Positions 26,807-40,260 of a stretch of 64,000 bases of DNA are shown here, in pieces; position 1 is the first letter of the stretch; each line of letters begins with the position of its first letter. Source of the stretch: Lytechinus pictus (lineage: Eukaryota); NCBI RefSeq assembly GCF_037042905.1, contig NC_087245.1:20896001-20960000 (forward strand), read 5' to 3'. A program made the translations under genes and the position numbers. The notes under the pieces are model-generated. The model ran no database searches. It saw only the letters and a program-made list of their open reading frames with translations, and was not told the DNA's origin.

Positions 26807-27714
26807 CTGTATTTTTTTAACATCTGATTTTTAGTTACATTCTGTAGAAGTTGTATTTCTTAAAATGTAGATTTGCAGAATTGCATAAATGTCATTTAGA
26901 AAGTGAAACACCCGTCATTTGTGAAAGCTTTGATTAGTCTAATGCAGCGACAGAGTAGATATACTTTCTCTCTTAACACTCAGGCTTTCTAATTAATTAG
27001 ACGAGTCACACTAGAACAATAATAACATGAGCCAGGGAGCTGACAGATCCATATCAATTCAACTGTAACAATTAGATAGTAGGTTGTTTGAGATATAATT
27101 TGGATCCTGCATGTGGACACACTTACTTAGCACGTATTCAAATGAAGAATGATACAATATGTTTGATATGAGTGAACATAGAATATTCACACACATTGTC
27201 CAACATAATGATAGTTGTAGCAAAGTATTCTGAGGCAACTCCCTATATAGTTTTTTTAAAACTAGTTTTTGATAAAGAAAATATAGATACTAAAACGTCC
27301 TATGATTAAATGCCCTACATTGATATGAGAACTCTTTGATATGAAATAATCAAATTTAATCTAATTGTCTGAGAGTGTTGAGAGATTGCAAGACATACTT
27401 TATGATGAGAGAAAAATCAAAACCAAGATTAGATGAGAGGGGAAGAGCAATTCATTTGAGGTGACAGAATAAAGGCAATTAGATATATGATTGATTGCTT
27501 TGTAATGCCAAAAGTGATGGTGGAAACACATAATGTTCATGATGGCACAATTTGATTACATCCTTTTCAGTCTGGTTCACATGCAAATCTAGTCCTAAAA
27601 GTGTAGTAACATTTCAATTTCATCAGTTGACATTAAAAGTCCATGAATCTTAATATTAAACATACATGTATGTGTTCCTGGCAATGGAGACACATTAGAA
27701 AAAAATATTTCTGC

Positions 27715-27728
27715 ACCACCACCACCAG

Positions 27729-27781
<53 letters not shown>

Positions 27782-27799
27782 ATACTACTACTACTATTG

Positions 27800-27835
<36 letters not shown>

Positions 27836-27838
27836 TTG

Positions 27839-27881
<43 letters not shown>

Positions 27882-27935
27882 AACTCATACTACAACTCTA
27901 ACTCTTACTACTACTCTTACTACTACTACTACTCT

Positions 27936-27981
<46 letters not shown>

Positions 27982-27982
27982 G

Positions 27983-28021
<39 letters not shown>

Positions 28022-28035
28022 CTCCTACTACTGCT
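27715..28035 (+). repeat. (CTA)n microsatellite
   Basis: Long CTA run. It explains the poly-Thr and poly-Ser ORFs. Confidence 0.98.
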
Positions 28036-28289
28036 AATTGTTTATTATTTTTATTGGTTACCTTCCCTATAAATTATGGCAGTAGGGCCATCTGCACCAT
28101 CCCGAGTTTTCAAATTAGTGCGCTATTTCTGATCCGGCAAATTATCCCGATCTGAACAATCTGGAGATTATTTGCAATGGAGACGCAATTATCGTGCTAG
28201 TTCGTAGGATTAATCTCGAGATTGCAATTCCAAGTCAACTTGGGATTATTTGCAAAATAGCACGCTATTTTACGAATTGTCGTGCTAAT

Positions 28290-29492
28290 TTCATGAAACT
28301 TGGACATAAGAGTAATCAAGTATCACTAAACATCTTGTGTGAGTTCCAGGTCACATGATTAAAGTCAATAAACTTTGGCCATGTTGGGGGTATTTGTTGA
28401 ATTACCATCATAACTTTGAAAAATAATGGATCTGATTCATGAAACTTTGATATAAGAGTAATCAAGTATCACTGAACATCCTGTGAGAGTTTCAGGTCAC
28501 ATGACCAAGGTCAATGGACTTTGGCCATGTTAGGGGTATTTGTTGATTAACCATCAAAACTCTGAAAGTTAATGGATCTGATTCATGGAACTTGGATAAT
28601 TATAAGACTAATCAAGTATCACTTAACATCCTGTGTGAGTTTCAGGTCACATGACCAAGGTCAAAGGTCAATGAACTTTGGCCATGTTGGGGGTATCTGT
28701 TATCTGATTCATGAAACTTGGACATAAGAGTAATCAAGTATCACTGAACATCTTGTGTGAGTTTCAGGTCACATGACTAAGGTCAAAGGTCATTAAGGTC
28801 AATAAACTTTGGCCATGTTGGGGGTATTTGTTGAATTACCATCATAACTTTGAAAGTTAATGGATGTGATTCATGAAACTTGGATATAAGAGTAATCAAG
28901 TATCACTTAACATCCTGTGTGAGTTTCAGGTCACATGATCAAGGTCAAAGGTCAATGAACTTTGGCCATGTTGGGGGTATTTGTTATCTGATTCATGAAA
29001 CTTGGACATAAGAGTAATCAATATCACTGAACATCCTGTGAGAGTTTCAGGTCACATGACCAAGGTCAATGGACTTTGGCCATGTTGGGGGTATTTGTTG
29101 ATTAACCATCATCTAGTTCATAAAACTGGGACATAGGAGTAATCAATTATAACTGAACATCTCATGCGAGTTACAGGTCATATGACCAAAGTCAGAGGTC
29201 ATTTAAGGTCATTGAACTTTGGCCATTTTGGAGGTTATTATTAGATTGCTGTCATAATTTTCAAAGTTTATAGATATAGTTTATGAAATGTGGATAAAGG
29301 GGTAATCAAGTATAACTGACAAGTCTTAGGTCGCATGATCAAGGTCAAATGTCATGTCAATGAACTTAGTATTGTATAATTATATGAATGGTGTTTTTTG
29401 TGAATAATTATTTTATAGTAGTTTTCAAAGTCAGCACTGCTGCTGTATTGAATCGCCCGATGCAGGTGTGACTGCCAGAGGCGCTCCACTTG
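28290..29492 (+). mobile_element. Helentron/pearl(Tsp)-type element with internal tandem array (~8 units of ~122-163 bp), 5' truncated
   Basis: Units start TTCATGAAACTTGGA at ~28290, 28436, 28582, 28708, 28870, 28992, 29117 and 29280. A unique 3' module GCAGGTGTGACTGCCAGAGGCGCTCCACTTG is followed by a T run. The array is seen directly; the family assignment is inference. Confidence 0.75.
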
Positions 29493-32400
29493 TTTTATTA
29501 TATTTTAATGCATGTAGAGATAATGCCTGTTATAACCATGGCTTCTTCTCAGGTACTTATCTGCTTCCTGGGAGTGGAGTAAAGATTCAAAGTAATCACA
29601 TTGCAAGAAAACATTGCAGAATGGAAAAGGGCTTGTCATATACTCTGTTTCCATGGCAACACAGTATCTTATGTTTGCAGGGGGTAGGAGATGATTCGTA
29701 TTTGCCCCATGTAGCGTGGTGGAGCATGGCTGACTCAGGAACTGTTCTGGTGTATATCAGGTTTTTTTTTAATGAAACCAACCATGAGATTATACAAAAT
29801 GACAGTTTTAATTTAGTTTGTATTCATATTATACATATTGAATTTCTTTAGAAAAATATTTGGTTTGAATGCAGTTTCATTATTTTTTTTATAATGACAA
29901 TCGAATTTAGCAGTTGTAGTAGAAAAATAATATTGGGGGGAAATAGAATTTCTCTTCCATCTTTACTTAATGTCTTTTGCACTTATTCTATTGAAATAGA
30001 ACATTAGTGTTATATATCTCTCTCTCTCTCTCCCATTTTGTCCCTTTTCTCATACTTTTTGCCATAATTTGCATTTTGTTTCTCATTTGGCATTGTATAT
30101 TTCACACTCAATATAATTCCACTTTTGCCTTGTACTGAATATTTATTTTCAAGTTATCTTCCTTATTCCTGAACATTTTAACCTTTCTAATGGTTTGGTA
30201 TGAATAAAAAGCTTTATATTCGATGATCATTATGTTGTTTTCCTTTAAAAAACAGTAAAAAAAGGCTTCTTCATGTCTAGAATATTTTCAATAATAGAGA
30301 ATTGTCATTTGAAATTAAATATTCTCTTAGACAATGATGTTGTATAAAAAATTATTTTACAACAGTTGTTTTCCCCCAAGTTTTAGGCACTTGCAAATCA
30401 TTTTTTTCAACAAATGTAATACTGATGTTGAAAAAAAAAGAGAATTATGCAAAGTTTCTGATGGGAGAAATATTAGTAAATACCATACTTTACCATAATT
30501 TGATAAGTATAGAAAATGAGATGAGGAGATAGAGGGTGCATGGTTGAACTAATGTTGTAATTACAATTCTAGTAATATTATTTATTTAGGGTCTTTTGTC
30601 AGAGATAGTATAACTCACTCCATTAGTTGAATTGATATTTCTCTATAGAATTGTACAGGAGGATTGAAAATAGCCTAGATGTTGTTTTTAGTTTAGTTTT
30701 TGAATGTACAGGAGAGGGAGTGTGGGATGGACAGGGAAAGGAGAGGTATCATTCCACTTATATCTGGTTACCCCTCTTTTCATATTCACCTGCTTGGCTT
30801 TTAGTCTGATTGCGTTTTCATCACCATGGTAACTACATGAGTAACCATGGCGATTCCAACCATTGGTTAGAGGACATTTTATGGGTTATCCCCTGACATA
30901 GAATAACAAGGGAAGCCTGCAGATATAGACACTGATCATGATTACTTGGTTGTTCCCCAAGTGCTTATTTTACCCTCTAAATGATAATTGAAAAACATGT
31001 GGGGTTCAATTTGAATTTCAAATACATAGATTGTGCCCAAGACCTCAGCCTATATTACCAAGGTAAAAGAAAGAATTTGTATGTAGATGCCATCAAATAA
31101 CTGATAGCGCAGTACAACATTTTGTATCTACTATAATCTCTTTATGTATAGTTGAATAGATTGCTCATGTTGCTATTTGTTCTCCTTTTAAACATGGGAT
31201 ATTAATTAAAAACACCAATGGAAAGTCACATTGATTGCATCTATTAATTGTGATGATTGGGGGTCGTAGTTGCAAAGAGTGACCTGAAAAACTTTTTCTA
31301 TGGCAATGAAATAAAGTGAAATGGAATACAAAGAGATTTCTTAAGAGGTCAATGTTGTGATCTCTCTAAGTTTAAATATTTCATTTCACAATAGTAGATG
31401 ATTCAATAAAGTTTTATGTGGTTCAGGAGAGATTTAAACCATTGTCTTGAATAGCTAGAGAAAAGAAGACTGAAGGCAGGAATTCTTTTGAAAGTAAACA
31501 ACATAGCACTGCATTGTCAGGTGAAGGTGTTTATGTAAATTTCTTGACAATTACTAGAATTCAACAACCCGCCTTTGCATTACCTGAATGCCAGTTTCAC
31601 ACAAGCATTCATCCCTATTCATGAATTGTTTTCTAGAATTCACTCTGCAAGGGTCTCGCACGTTTTTAAGTTCAAGTGTGAGTTGATAAACACCATGATT
31701 TGGCCTGGTGAAAGTAAGTGGTTTGGGGTAACTCTTAAAGCTCTGTGATTGATCTTGAAATGCAATATTGTCATCACGAAGCTACAATTAGGTAGATACT
31801 TTAGGCTCCATTGGGTAAATGGGTAAAAAGACAGTAGGATCATGAGGTTAGTAAAAATCTGATAAAACTAAAAAAAAACTTTTTTTTTCTTTTTTTTTTG
31901 GCATTGTGTGTTCCATTTCTGTGTAACCTGACTGATTTTTTTTCTGAGGAATGATGATGTGCGAAGAAGAACAAGACTTGTGCTTAAATAGGACCAAGAC
32001 TTGGTACAGGACCTGCTGGCATGTCCAAGGTCTCTGCTCAAGAACAAAGGTGAGATGTGATACCAAATAATTTAAGCGCAGTAGAGTATATTAATCTAGG
32101 CTGCGCTTTACAAAATGGCACATATTAGGCCTATTTTTATTATTATAGTACATCATGTCTTTATTAAAGATCAAGAATCAGGCCAGCAACCTATTAGGTT
32201 AGCCGGCAGGTCAAATTTTTAATACAGGGATTGTCAGTAAAATTTATTTGTTTTGTGTTGTCACTGAAGTAATATTTGTCTCAGGAAGAGACATTAAAGT
32301 TTGGTTTCCTTTTTCTAATTCTAATACACTCATTAAAAAAGGATCAAGGTCCATCCACAGGGTAACAAGATAAAAATTTCCGAAAAAATTTGATCTTGAT

Positions 32401-32610
32401 ATATACGTAATATTCACATTTTAACGAAATGTTTTTGGTTTTTTTTACTTTCTTTAAAACTCAATTTTGGATGGTTCCATTTTCTAAATGTTTTGTGATG
32501 ACTACATTCAATATTTCTTTTCTTTAATGAAAAAACCCAGCGGATGTTATCTAGCCTAATTTAAAAAACTTAAAGGCTTATATACAGTGCAGTGATAATA
32601 CTTCATAGCA

Positions 32611-32876
32611 ATAGTTCGGATCCGGAATTTCCAAAAAGGGGGAGGGGCACATTCTGATGAGGAAAAATTTGACAAGCCCCCCAAAAAAGGTTTTCAACCA
32701 AAAATAAGGAAATTTCGTCAAAGAAAAAAATTGATAAGCAAAAAAAAAATCTTCACTATCAAAGGGGGGGGCACACTGCTGTTTTAACAGCATTTTTACA
32801 TTACAAATTTTGATTGTGCCTCTCAAAAGGGTGGGGGCATTGGCTGGCTTTGCCCCCCCCCCTGGATCCGCCAGTG
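32611..32876. mobile_element. hAT-like MITE (GGATCC termini)
   Basis: The left CGGATCCGG..GGGGGAGGGGCAC mirrors the right GCCCCCCCCCCTGGATCCGCCAGTG. The TSD is not clear. Confidence 0.6.
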
Positions 32877-33544
32877 GTTTGGATATCTTTGACATGTTTT
32901 TATGAATTTGATTTTCCAAACATTTGGACAGTTTTTTCTACTTTCACCAAATGCACTTTTGAAATGTATCTGCTTCTGTCAAATTGCATGCCCACCTTTT
33001 TTCAATCACTTCTTTTCATTTTTGTTAATGAATAGATCAAAATAAGAATTGAATAAGAGCATTTTGAAGTCATCTTATGATTTTGCATTAATAATGATTA
33101 TCATTGTGAAAAGAATTCAAAGCAAAATGATCAAATACTGTCTAAATTTTGATAGATGATGTATGGAAAATGAAACTTCTACAGTTTATTAAAGTGGGAG
33201 AGGGTATAGTAATATTTGAAATATTGCATTGAAATAATGAATTGACTTCTGAGAACATGAAAAAAAAGATGCAGGGCATAAAATCATTTTTTTTTTAAAG
33301 TTTTTGAAAATATTTTACATTTCATATTGACAATATTTTTTTGTTATGTACATGTGCATCAGATATGATTTCAGATAAAACACAGTGATTGGAAATACAG
33401 TGGTTAAATGGATTGCTTTTTGAAAAATTTGCAGGTATACTTCTCAAAAGCAAAAACAAAAATGAGTAATAACATGTAATGTTGTTGACCTAGATAATGG
33501 AATGTATATTGGTAGGGTATAGCTAGCTGCCTGTTCATAATATG

Positions 33545-34940
33545 TGCATGTGTGCGTGTATGCACAAGGAATCGAAGCTAATCAAAATCTCTTGACACAC
33601 GGAGTGGTGTACCGGTGGAAGCAAGCACTTGAGAGGAACTTGTATTCCGATGCTTCCATCAACCACCGACCAGTTGCATTCGTAAAGCTTAAATCGTCTG
33701 CTAGCGACTTCTCTCTCATCCCTGCGTGCGTGTGTTTCTCCCCCTTTCTCTCCTTGATCTAATGTAGTGGGTACCTTCAACGTATTACATGCTGCTGATG
33801 AAGATCACTTGCCGACTCTGACACGCGCTCCCCTTTGGGATTGCGTGCGCGTTGTCTCGTCTCTGCGAGAGGTGTTTATCATTGTAACTGCGTACATCCT
33901 CCCTCCCCCCTTCCGGACCACGAAACTTGCATCTATTTGCCAATCCAATTTTACGCAAGAAATCACCCTTCCTGATGTGTCGGTGGCTTATTGTACCGTG
34001 ATTTGCCTTACTTGTGGAGTTACAGTCGACCGATGATTGGCAACGTTTGTGGATTCAATTTTGGAGTGACAGAGCAGCTGAGGTGTGGGTGTGTGTTTTT
34101 TTCACCCTCTTTGCATTACAAAGCAGAGGAGGAATCTAGCCTTGTGTAAATTCTGATATGTGTGTGTTTTTGCCAACCCATCATTGTTGGTTATTTGGAG
34201 AAAGGATAATTGCCTGCATTCAGACTCCATCACGTTTGCTTAACGTTTTCTAAAGGAAGGGGAATCACCAACTACAACGATTCATTTCAAATACCTTCAC
34301 TCACACTCTCTCTTTCCAGTGTGATGGGCTGTGTTTTGACTGTCTCCTAACTAATTTATCTTCATTTGCATTGTGGACCTGTTCCGTGCATCTGACTCTC
34401 TTTCAAAGATTTCAAGTAGATGGGAACGACCGCATTGAACTTTCCATGTTGTACTTGCGCTAAGAACATGTATTGTGAAAGATTAGGATTGTGCTAAATC
34501 TCTTTCTCTAACCATGTCCTGAACTTTCTGATCAATGTATTTGCATCTGATGCATCGCATGAAGCAACCCTGCTGAAAGAGAATATACTCTCCCTGGGAA
34601 CATTTCTAACTCTGCATGATTCTCGAGCTTGGCTTTTAAGGCATCCGATCAACAGTTCACATTATGCCATTCTACCATTACTGAGGCACCAGAACATTAA
34701 TGTTAAGTCACTGCACATCAGCTACCACTGGTCTTTTTTGTGCACGGCACTGTGCGTCTACGGACCTGATGACATTGTCAGACAGGATTTGTCAGAATCG
34801 CTTTTTAAAACAAACACATCGTCAGTCATCCCACTATCCCATCCACCCTGTAATAATTTGCAAGGGGTAAACATACAGCGGTGTAAGATGCTATTGGATC
34901 TATTACATGTGATATAACTGTCAACACCTGTGAATTTTGT
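33545..34940 (+). promoter_or_regulatory. Candidate alternative promoter and long 5' leader
   Basis: A repeat-free block visibly richer in GC and CpG than its flanks, with pyrimidine-rich stretches. It ends in a short ORF plus a splice donor. Confidence 0.4.
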
Positions 34941-35033
34941 ATGAGGATTCTATTCAGATTTCTAAGGGATTGCATCGGTAGACGCAGAATGCATTCCGGA
35001 TCGCATATAAAGTCTTCGGGAACAGTTGCCGTG
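34941..35033 (+). CDS. Candidate coding part of an alternative first exon: MRILFRFLRDCIGRRRMHSGSHIKSSGTVAV
   Basis: An in-frame stop at 34884-34886 precedes ATG 34941. Then 31 open codons end at the phase-0 donor GTG|GTAAGA, and AT-rich sequence follows. The host gene was not identified. Confidence 0.45.
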
Positions 35034-35756
35034 GTAAGATTCATGTAATACCCCATTGCACTGGAAGGTTGTTTTTCCTTTGAATGACATTGGTAGCCAT
35101 AGAGATTAAAGTATGCATTGAAAATCCAATATTTCTTGTTTGTAATGAAAATTGACAATTATGAAGTTTAATAGAGCTGAATGAGTTAGTTATTTCAATT
35201 TCTTTTATTTTAGCTTAAAAGTTGTCCTCATACTATCACTGGATTTACCACTGCATTTAAAATAACTTTATTCAAGTTCCCTTTGTATTTATATGGTAGG
35301 TTTATTTGCATGTGCCTATTTTGCATATGAAATATTCTCATTACTTTCTTTTACCAGATTTTGGAAAATTAAGAGAGATTATAATTTAGTTATAAATTAT
35401 AATCTTGGTTGACTTGTGGAGTTCAGAGATATAGAACAATGCACATGCAAAAATCATAAAGATAAGCCATCTGATGTCTGAAATTCTGCTTTGCATTTAG
35501 ATTATATTCCCTCCTGTATATTCCCCCAGATCATAGATTATAATGCTTTTTTGAGTCAGTAGCATTCAGAATCTGTTGCTATGGTTCTGTACCTTTATTT
35601 AGATGGTAATGTTTTAATGCATTTTACCATGCACATGTTAAATTGATGACCTTTCCCTCATAACTGAAAAGGACGTTTTTCATGCTGGAATCTACTTCTG
35701 CCTTTAAAGTAGATTGGAGCATACATGAATATTACTTTTTAGTACTTAAAAAAAAA

Positions 35757-35900
35757 CTGTGTGTATGTGTAAGAGAGAGAGAGAGTGAGGGGAGAAAAAA
35801 ATGAAAAAGAGAGAAAGAGAAGGATAGAGGGGGAGCAAAATAGGGGAATCTGAATCTGTACAAGGGCAGAGACAGACAGGAAGAGTGAAATAAACCAAGA
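35757..35900 (+). repeat. TG/GA microsatellite and purine-rich tract
   Basis: Visible (TG)n, (GA)n and A-rich runs. Confidence 0.8.
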
Positions 35901-36543
35901 AATTAAGATATAAAGAAAGATTTATTTTTACTAAAGAGATAGAAAATCAAAATGAATTAAATAAAGGCAATCTAAAACTTATCAGTAAGGTTTTATAGTT
36001 ATGAATATGAGATTTTTATCTGAACTTTTGAACTCTGGGTAGTACATTTTATTCTTAATTTTTCAAGAAGATTAGTTTATTGAAATTAATTTAAAAAATA
36101 AACATGACATTAGACATTTGCAATTGAGAGATAAAGTACATTGTCTTTATTTTTTAAGTAGCCTCTCTATATTGTCCATGCAAAGTTGCATGTAACTTTA
36201 CTCCTGGATTTACATTTTTTCTTTCCTTTTTAAATCTGAAGTCGTCCTTGGCCAAAATATCATTTGTCCGTAAATGATATGCGGCTGATAATAGAATTGA
36301 CATCTGGTTTACTGTGTAATCACCATAAGATTGCATCTCCCTATACTGGATATTGGCCACAGTACAAGTATAGGTCAGTTTGGAATAAATATGTGCATAT
36401 TAATTCATTTCTTCTGCACATGGTGTAAAGTACTCACTCATATTTCCCCAAAAGAGTAAAAACTGAAAATTAAAGGAGTGAAATTAAAAAAGAAGTCCAT
36501 ATATATTGGATTTGGACTAAAATATACTTTTGTCACTTATTAA

Positions 36544-36681
36544 CTCTTTGTGCGCTGGACCATGAACCCATCTGTACTGAATTATTTTCAGGTAGGGAAA
36601 CAATGCATTGTTTGTTGAGTGTGAAATGCGAAGTTCGCACGGCACCGAGTGTGCATTGGTGCGAAGTACGCGTGGAAAGGG
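36544..36681. mobile_element. piggyBac-like MITE (degraded)
   Basis: TTAA on both sides (36540-36543 and 36682-36685) with termini CTCTTTGTGCGC / CGCGTGGAAAGGG. GCGAAGT(T/A)CGC occurs twice internally. Confidence 0.5.
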
Positions 36682-38885
36682 TTAAGGACATTTCACAAGA
36701 TTTACTCTTTTACAAATTTAAATTCCACTTTGGTTTTGTTTAAAACCATGTACCAGAAACAAAGTATATAATAAATGTTATATTGAAATGTAATATGAAA
36801 TTGAAATACATTGAAGCAGTGTACTTGAATATTGATGGAAAATTAATTGTAGGATATAAAAACATAGCTAAAATGTAATTAGTAGATTCCTAAACAGTGA
36901 ATACTTAGACATACTTGTTTGTTATGAAAAAAAAATCCCTAAATAAAATGAAAGTATATGCCCTCACTCTATAATGTAGATGATTATAGTATGCAAGTGT
37001 TGGCATTTGTAATGTTCATGTAGAGTAATTAGTTTGTTATAATGTCATGTCCAATTTAGGATCCATAACAAATACAAAAGAAAATGTATACATGCCCCCC
37101 CCCCCCCCCAGCAGCAACAAAAAAGGGGGGGTGGTGTTTGGAGTGATGACCCTTTTGTTTGCTTGTCAACAACAAAAAAATGTCTAAAATATATCAACCT
37201 TCAACCTTTTGTTTTTCTTTGTCAGATTTCTTTTTGAAAAAGTGGTCCTTTTTTGCCCATCTCTTCAGTAGTAAATCCTGTTTATATATATATCCATACC
37301 AGAAGCTTCTTACTACTTATCATCAATGATGCATACATGTAGCCCTAAGGACCTTCTTGCATGAACGTCTGACAAGCAAATCTAGAAATGACATTCAATT
37401 AGGTCTAATAATTGGGATAGAGTGAGGTTGGAGTAATGAATTGGAAGTAGACATATAAGAATGACATTGAACAAATCATCCCTATAATATGCTCTCAGTA
37501 GTGGGAATACCAATTGAAGGCAATAATTGGATAAAGTATTGGTTCTGAATAATTTTGTCTGTTAAGTATTTATATCACTTTAGTTTACTAAATTATACTT
37601 ATCACTTTCAAAATGCTCTAATCAGAGATACATCTATTTCTAAGACAATGAATGAAATAAACCAAAAATTACTTTTGTCTCTAATAAGTAATATACAAAC
37701 AAAAATGAGCCCTTGAACACTTTCATTTTCCAGGATTAGCAAATCCTAAACAACACTTATATAAATTGATATAATTTTTACAATTTTAGTTAGAATAATT
37801 CATTATTTTCATCTCGAATTGCTTGTAACATTATTGGTTTTACCCTTGCCACCCTCCTCCCCCCCCCCCCCCCATCCCGGAATTTGAAACTTTGCATTAT
37901 ATGGTTAGATGACTTTGGCTTGTTGTGAGTCTTCTGATGTAGATTGTTTTGTCTCCATTGAAGTATGGGCTTGACTCATTCACTACAAAATACATTATGC
38001 ATTTACCGATCAATATAACATAGAGATACGCGAACATTGTCATCCATGTGTGTAATTCTTTTGATGCATGAATGATCCAGCGTGCAGAGCGGAAGAAAAT
38101 GTAACCATTAAATGTTGCAACCATTTGCACTTGCAATGATTTACTATGTATTCACAGGAGTAGGCTTTGTGCTTTTTATTATCCTAAAACAGAATCTCTT
38201 GAATATTTGATATTTTCCATTAGCATGAAAGTTCATTCTCCCCCTTACAATATTTTTGTAATACATAAAATTACCAAGATGGTTCTAAAAAGCAATATTT
38301 GGGAATCCACCTAAAATCCTTTTTTAAACCAAAGTCACAACTCATACTACTGCTACTACTATCTACCTAACACATGCTACTTTCAAAGTAGTTCCATTGT
38401 GTCCACAAGTTAACAGGACGTTATATAATCTTGCACAACTGTGTTAATATGAAGGTAATGAAAGGGCAATGTTTGAACTGACATGCCTTTAGTACATGTA
38501 TGTCAACCACATTACTTTCAATGATTACTGATTGCATAATTCAGACATTTCTTAGTGTGCTCTTTATCAAGAGGAGGCCCATGTCAAAGCTCTAACCCCC
38601 CAAAAGGCTCATCATATTTTTCCCCATAAATATGAATTTCTAGGGGATAGAATTATTCAAATAATGTAAGTTAAGTTATTCTTTTATCTAGTTTACTGTT
38701 AAAAGGTTCAAAAGTTTTGTGTTTTTTGTTCCCCTTTGCTAACGTTACCTTAAATGATGTGGACTTATGATATTCATAAAGATTCAATATAGAGAATATT
38801 GTGCCACATATTTTATCTAAACCCCTGCAGTGAATATGTTATGCATCTTCATAGCCACTTTCCCATATTTTGTATGTGATGAAAT

Positions 38886-39522
38886 CGTTGGCGTTCATCC
38901 GAACCGTCGTATCAGTCAATTTTAGTCAAAGAATCGATTTTGAGATTTTTGCAAAAAATTAATGAACAAGTCCTATTCTATTCATAAATGAATTTCTAGG
39001 CAGCAATTTTTTTTAGTTTGTGAGATGCCATACAATTTTTTTTAAATAAAATGCGCAAATCCCATTGGAAACGTGTACTGTAGCAGAGCGATACAACATT
39101 TGACTGACCGCGATTTCAGTGCGCGCGGTCAACCAAACTGTCGTTTCGGCCATCTGCGCTGCATTGACTTTGCGTGAAAAGCGATACGACGTTGACTGAC
39201 TGCGCGCATTGAAATCGCGGTCAGGGTTGTTGTTTTCCCTATGGCGTTTTTGTACAGGGGAAATCTAAACCGCTCAAACCGAAATTACAAGCACGGAGCT
39301 CTTTTGCGATATTTTCTATAATCCTTGGTTTTGTGCAAAAATAAGGATACCATTGTCAAGCAATTGTCTTGGTCTTTCCAACCATGTATTTTTCTAGCAA
39401 TGAATATGTTGTAAGGCCGGAGATCTAAGTGTGAAAATTATAGTAACTTTGAAGTCGATTTTCTCTGAAATGGGTTTTCAACCGTCGTATGTGGATACGA
39501 CGGTTCGGTATGACCGCCAACG
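38886..39522. mobile_element. Sola-like non-autonomous DNA transposon
   Basis: ~29-bp TIR CGTTGGCGTTCATCCGAACCGTCGTATC / GATACGACGGTTCGGTATGACCGCCAACG with a 4-bp TSD AAAT (38882-38885 and 39523-39526). An internal inverted pair is CTGACCGCGATTTCAGTGCGCGC / GCGCGCATTGAAATCGCGGTCAG. Confidence 0.8.
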
Positions 39523-40130
39523 AAATGTGTAAATAAGGGATGAGAAGATGCTTATGGAATTCCTGAAGAAAAGACATGCCACCAACTATTTGTATGATGC
39601 AAAGTCTCATGAAATGTTGCTCTATTATATTTCCCCTTAATAAATGGTTGGTTGACTGCCCCCTTCCATGCCATGCTGGGACCCCCTTAGGATGAATTTA
39701 TTGATTGAAGGTAGAGGGAGAGGTACAAGGTGGGGGCTCTTAAAGGAATGTGATATTGACAAGACAGGTGCATGCCTAGCATACCGCTTGCTTAAGTTAC
39801 ACACTATAAGAGCACTGATCATAATTTTAGAATTAGTAGGGGTATTAATAGACTTGTTAGTATCATATACAAAGAAATCTTATTTAAGACCCTTGGCTTA
39901 TTGGTAGCCTAAACATTTCTTTGAGGCTGTCCCACATTACAATAAATAGTGGACGTGGATTGATTCAAACTGCCTGGTGAATTATGTGTAGGCTAATGAT
40001 AGATAATGAGTTATTTAGTAGCTTTTCAAATGTATCCCAAGAGAGAATCATTGAAAACATGAAGAGTATAGAATTATATCAAAGATTAATGTAAGAGGTA
40101 ATTAATGAAATAAGTCAGCTACAAGTTTCG

Positions 40131-40260
40131 ATTCAATTCAATTTAATCTTTATTTCACAAATAAGATAAAAATAGAAATAAAAATTGAATGTGAGTTGAT
40201 ACAAAATCAATTGCGTGGCTTTCCACAAAGGTTATAAAAACCTGTAAGGCTGGATCGCCC
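40131..40260 (-). mobile_element. Possible LINE (L2/CR1 group) 3' tail remnant
   Basis: The minus strand ends AAATAAAGATTAAATTGAATTGAAT, preceded by a stem-loop-like ACAGGTTTTTATAACCTTTGT. Confidence 0.4.

Noticed and set aside
28290..29370. Regularly spaced repeats suggesting a CRISPR-like array
   Set aside because: Whole units are homologous with no unique spacers, there are no cas genes, and the context is eukaryotic. It is a tandem array.
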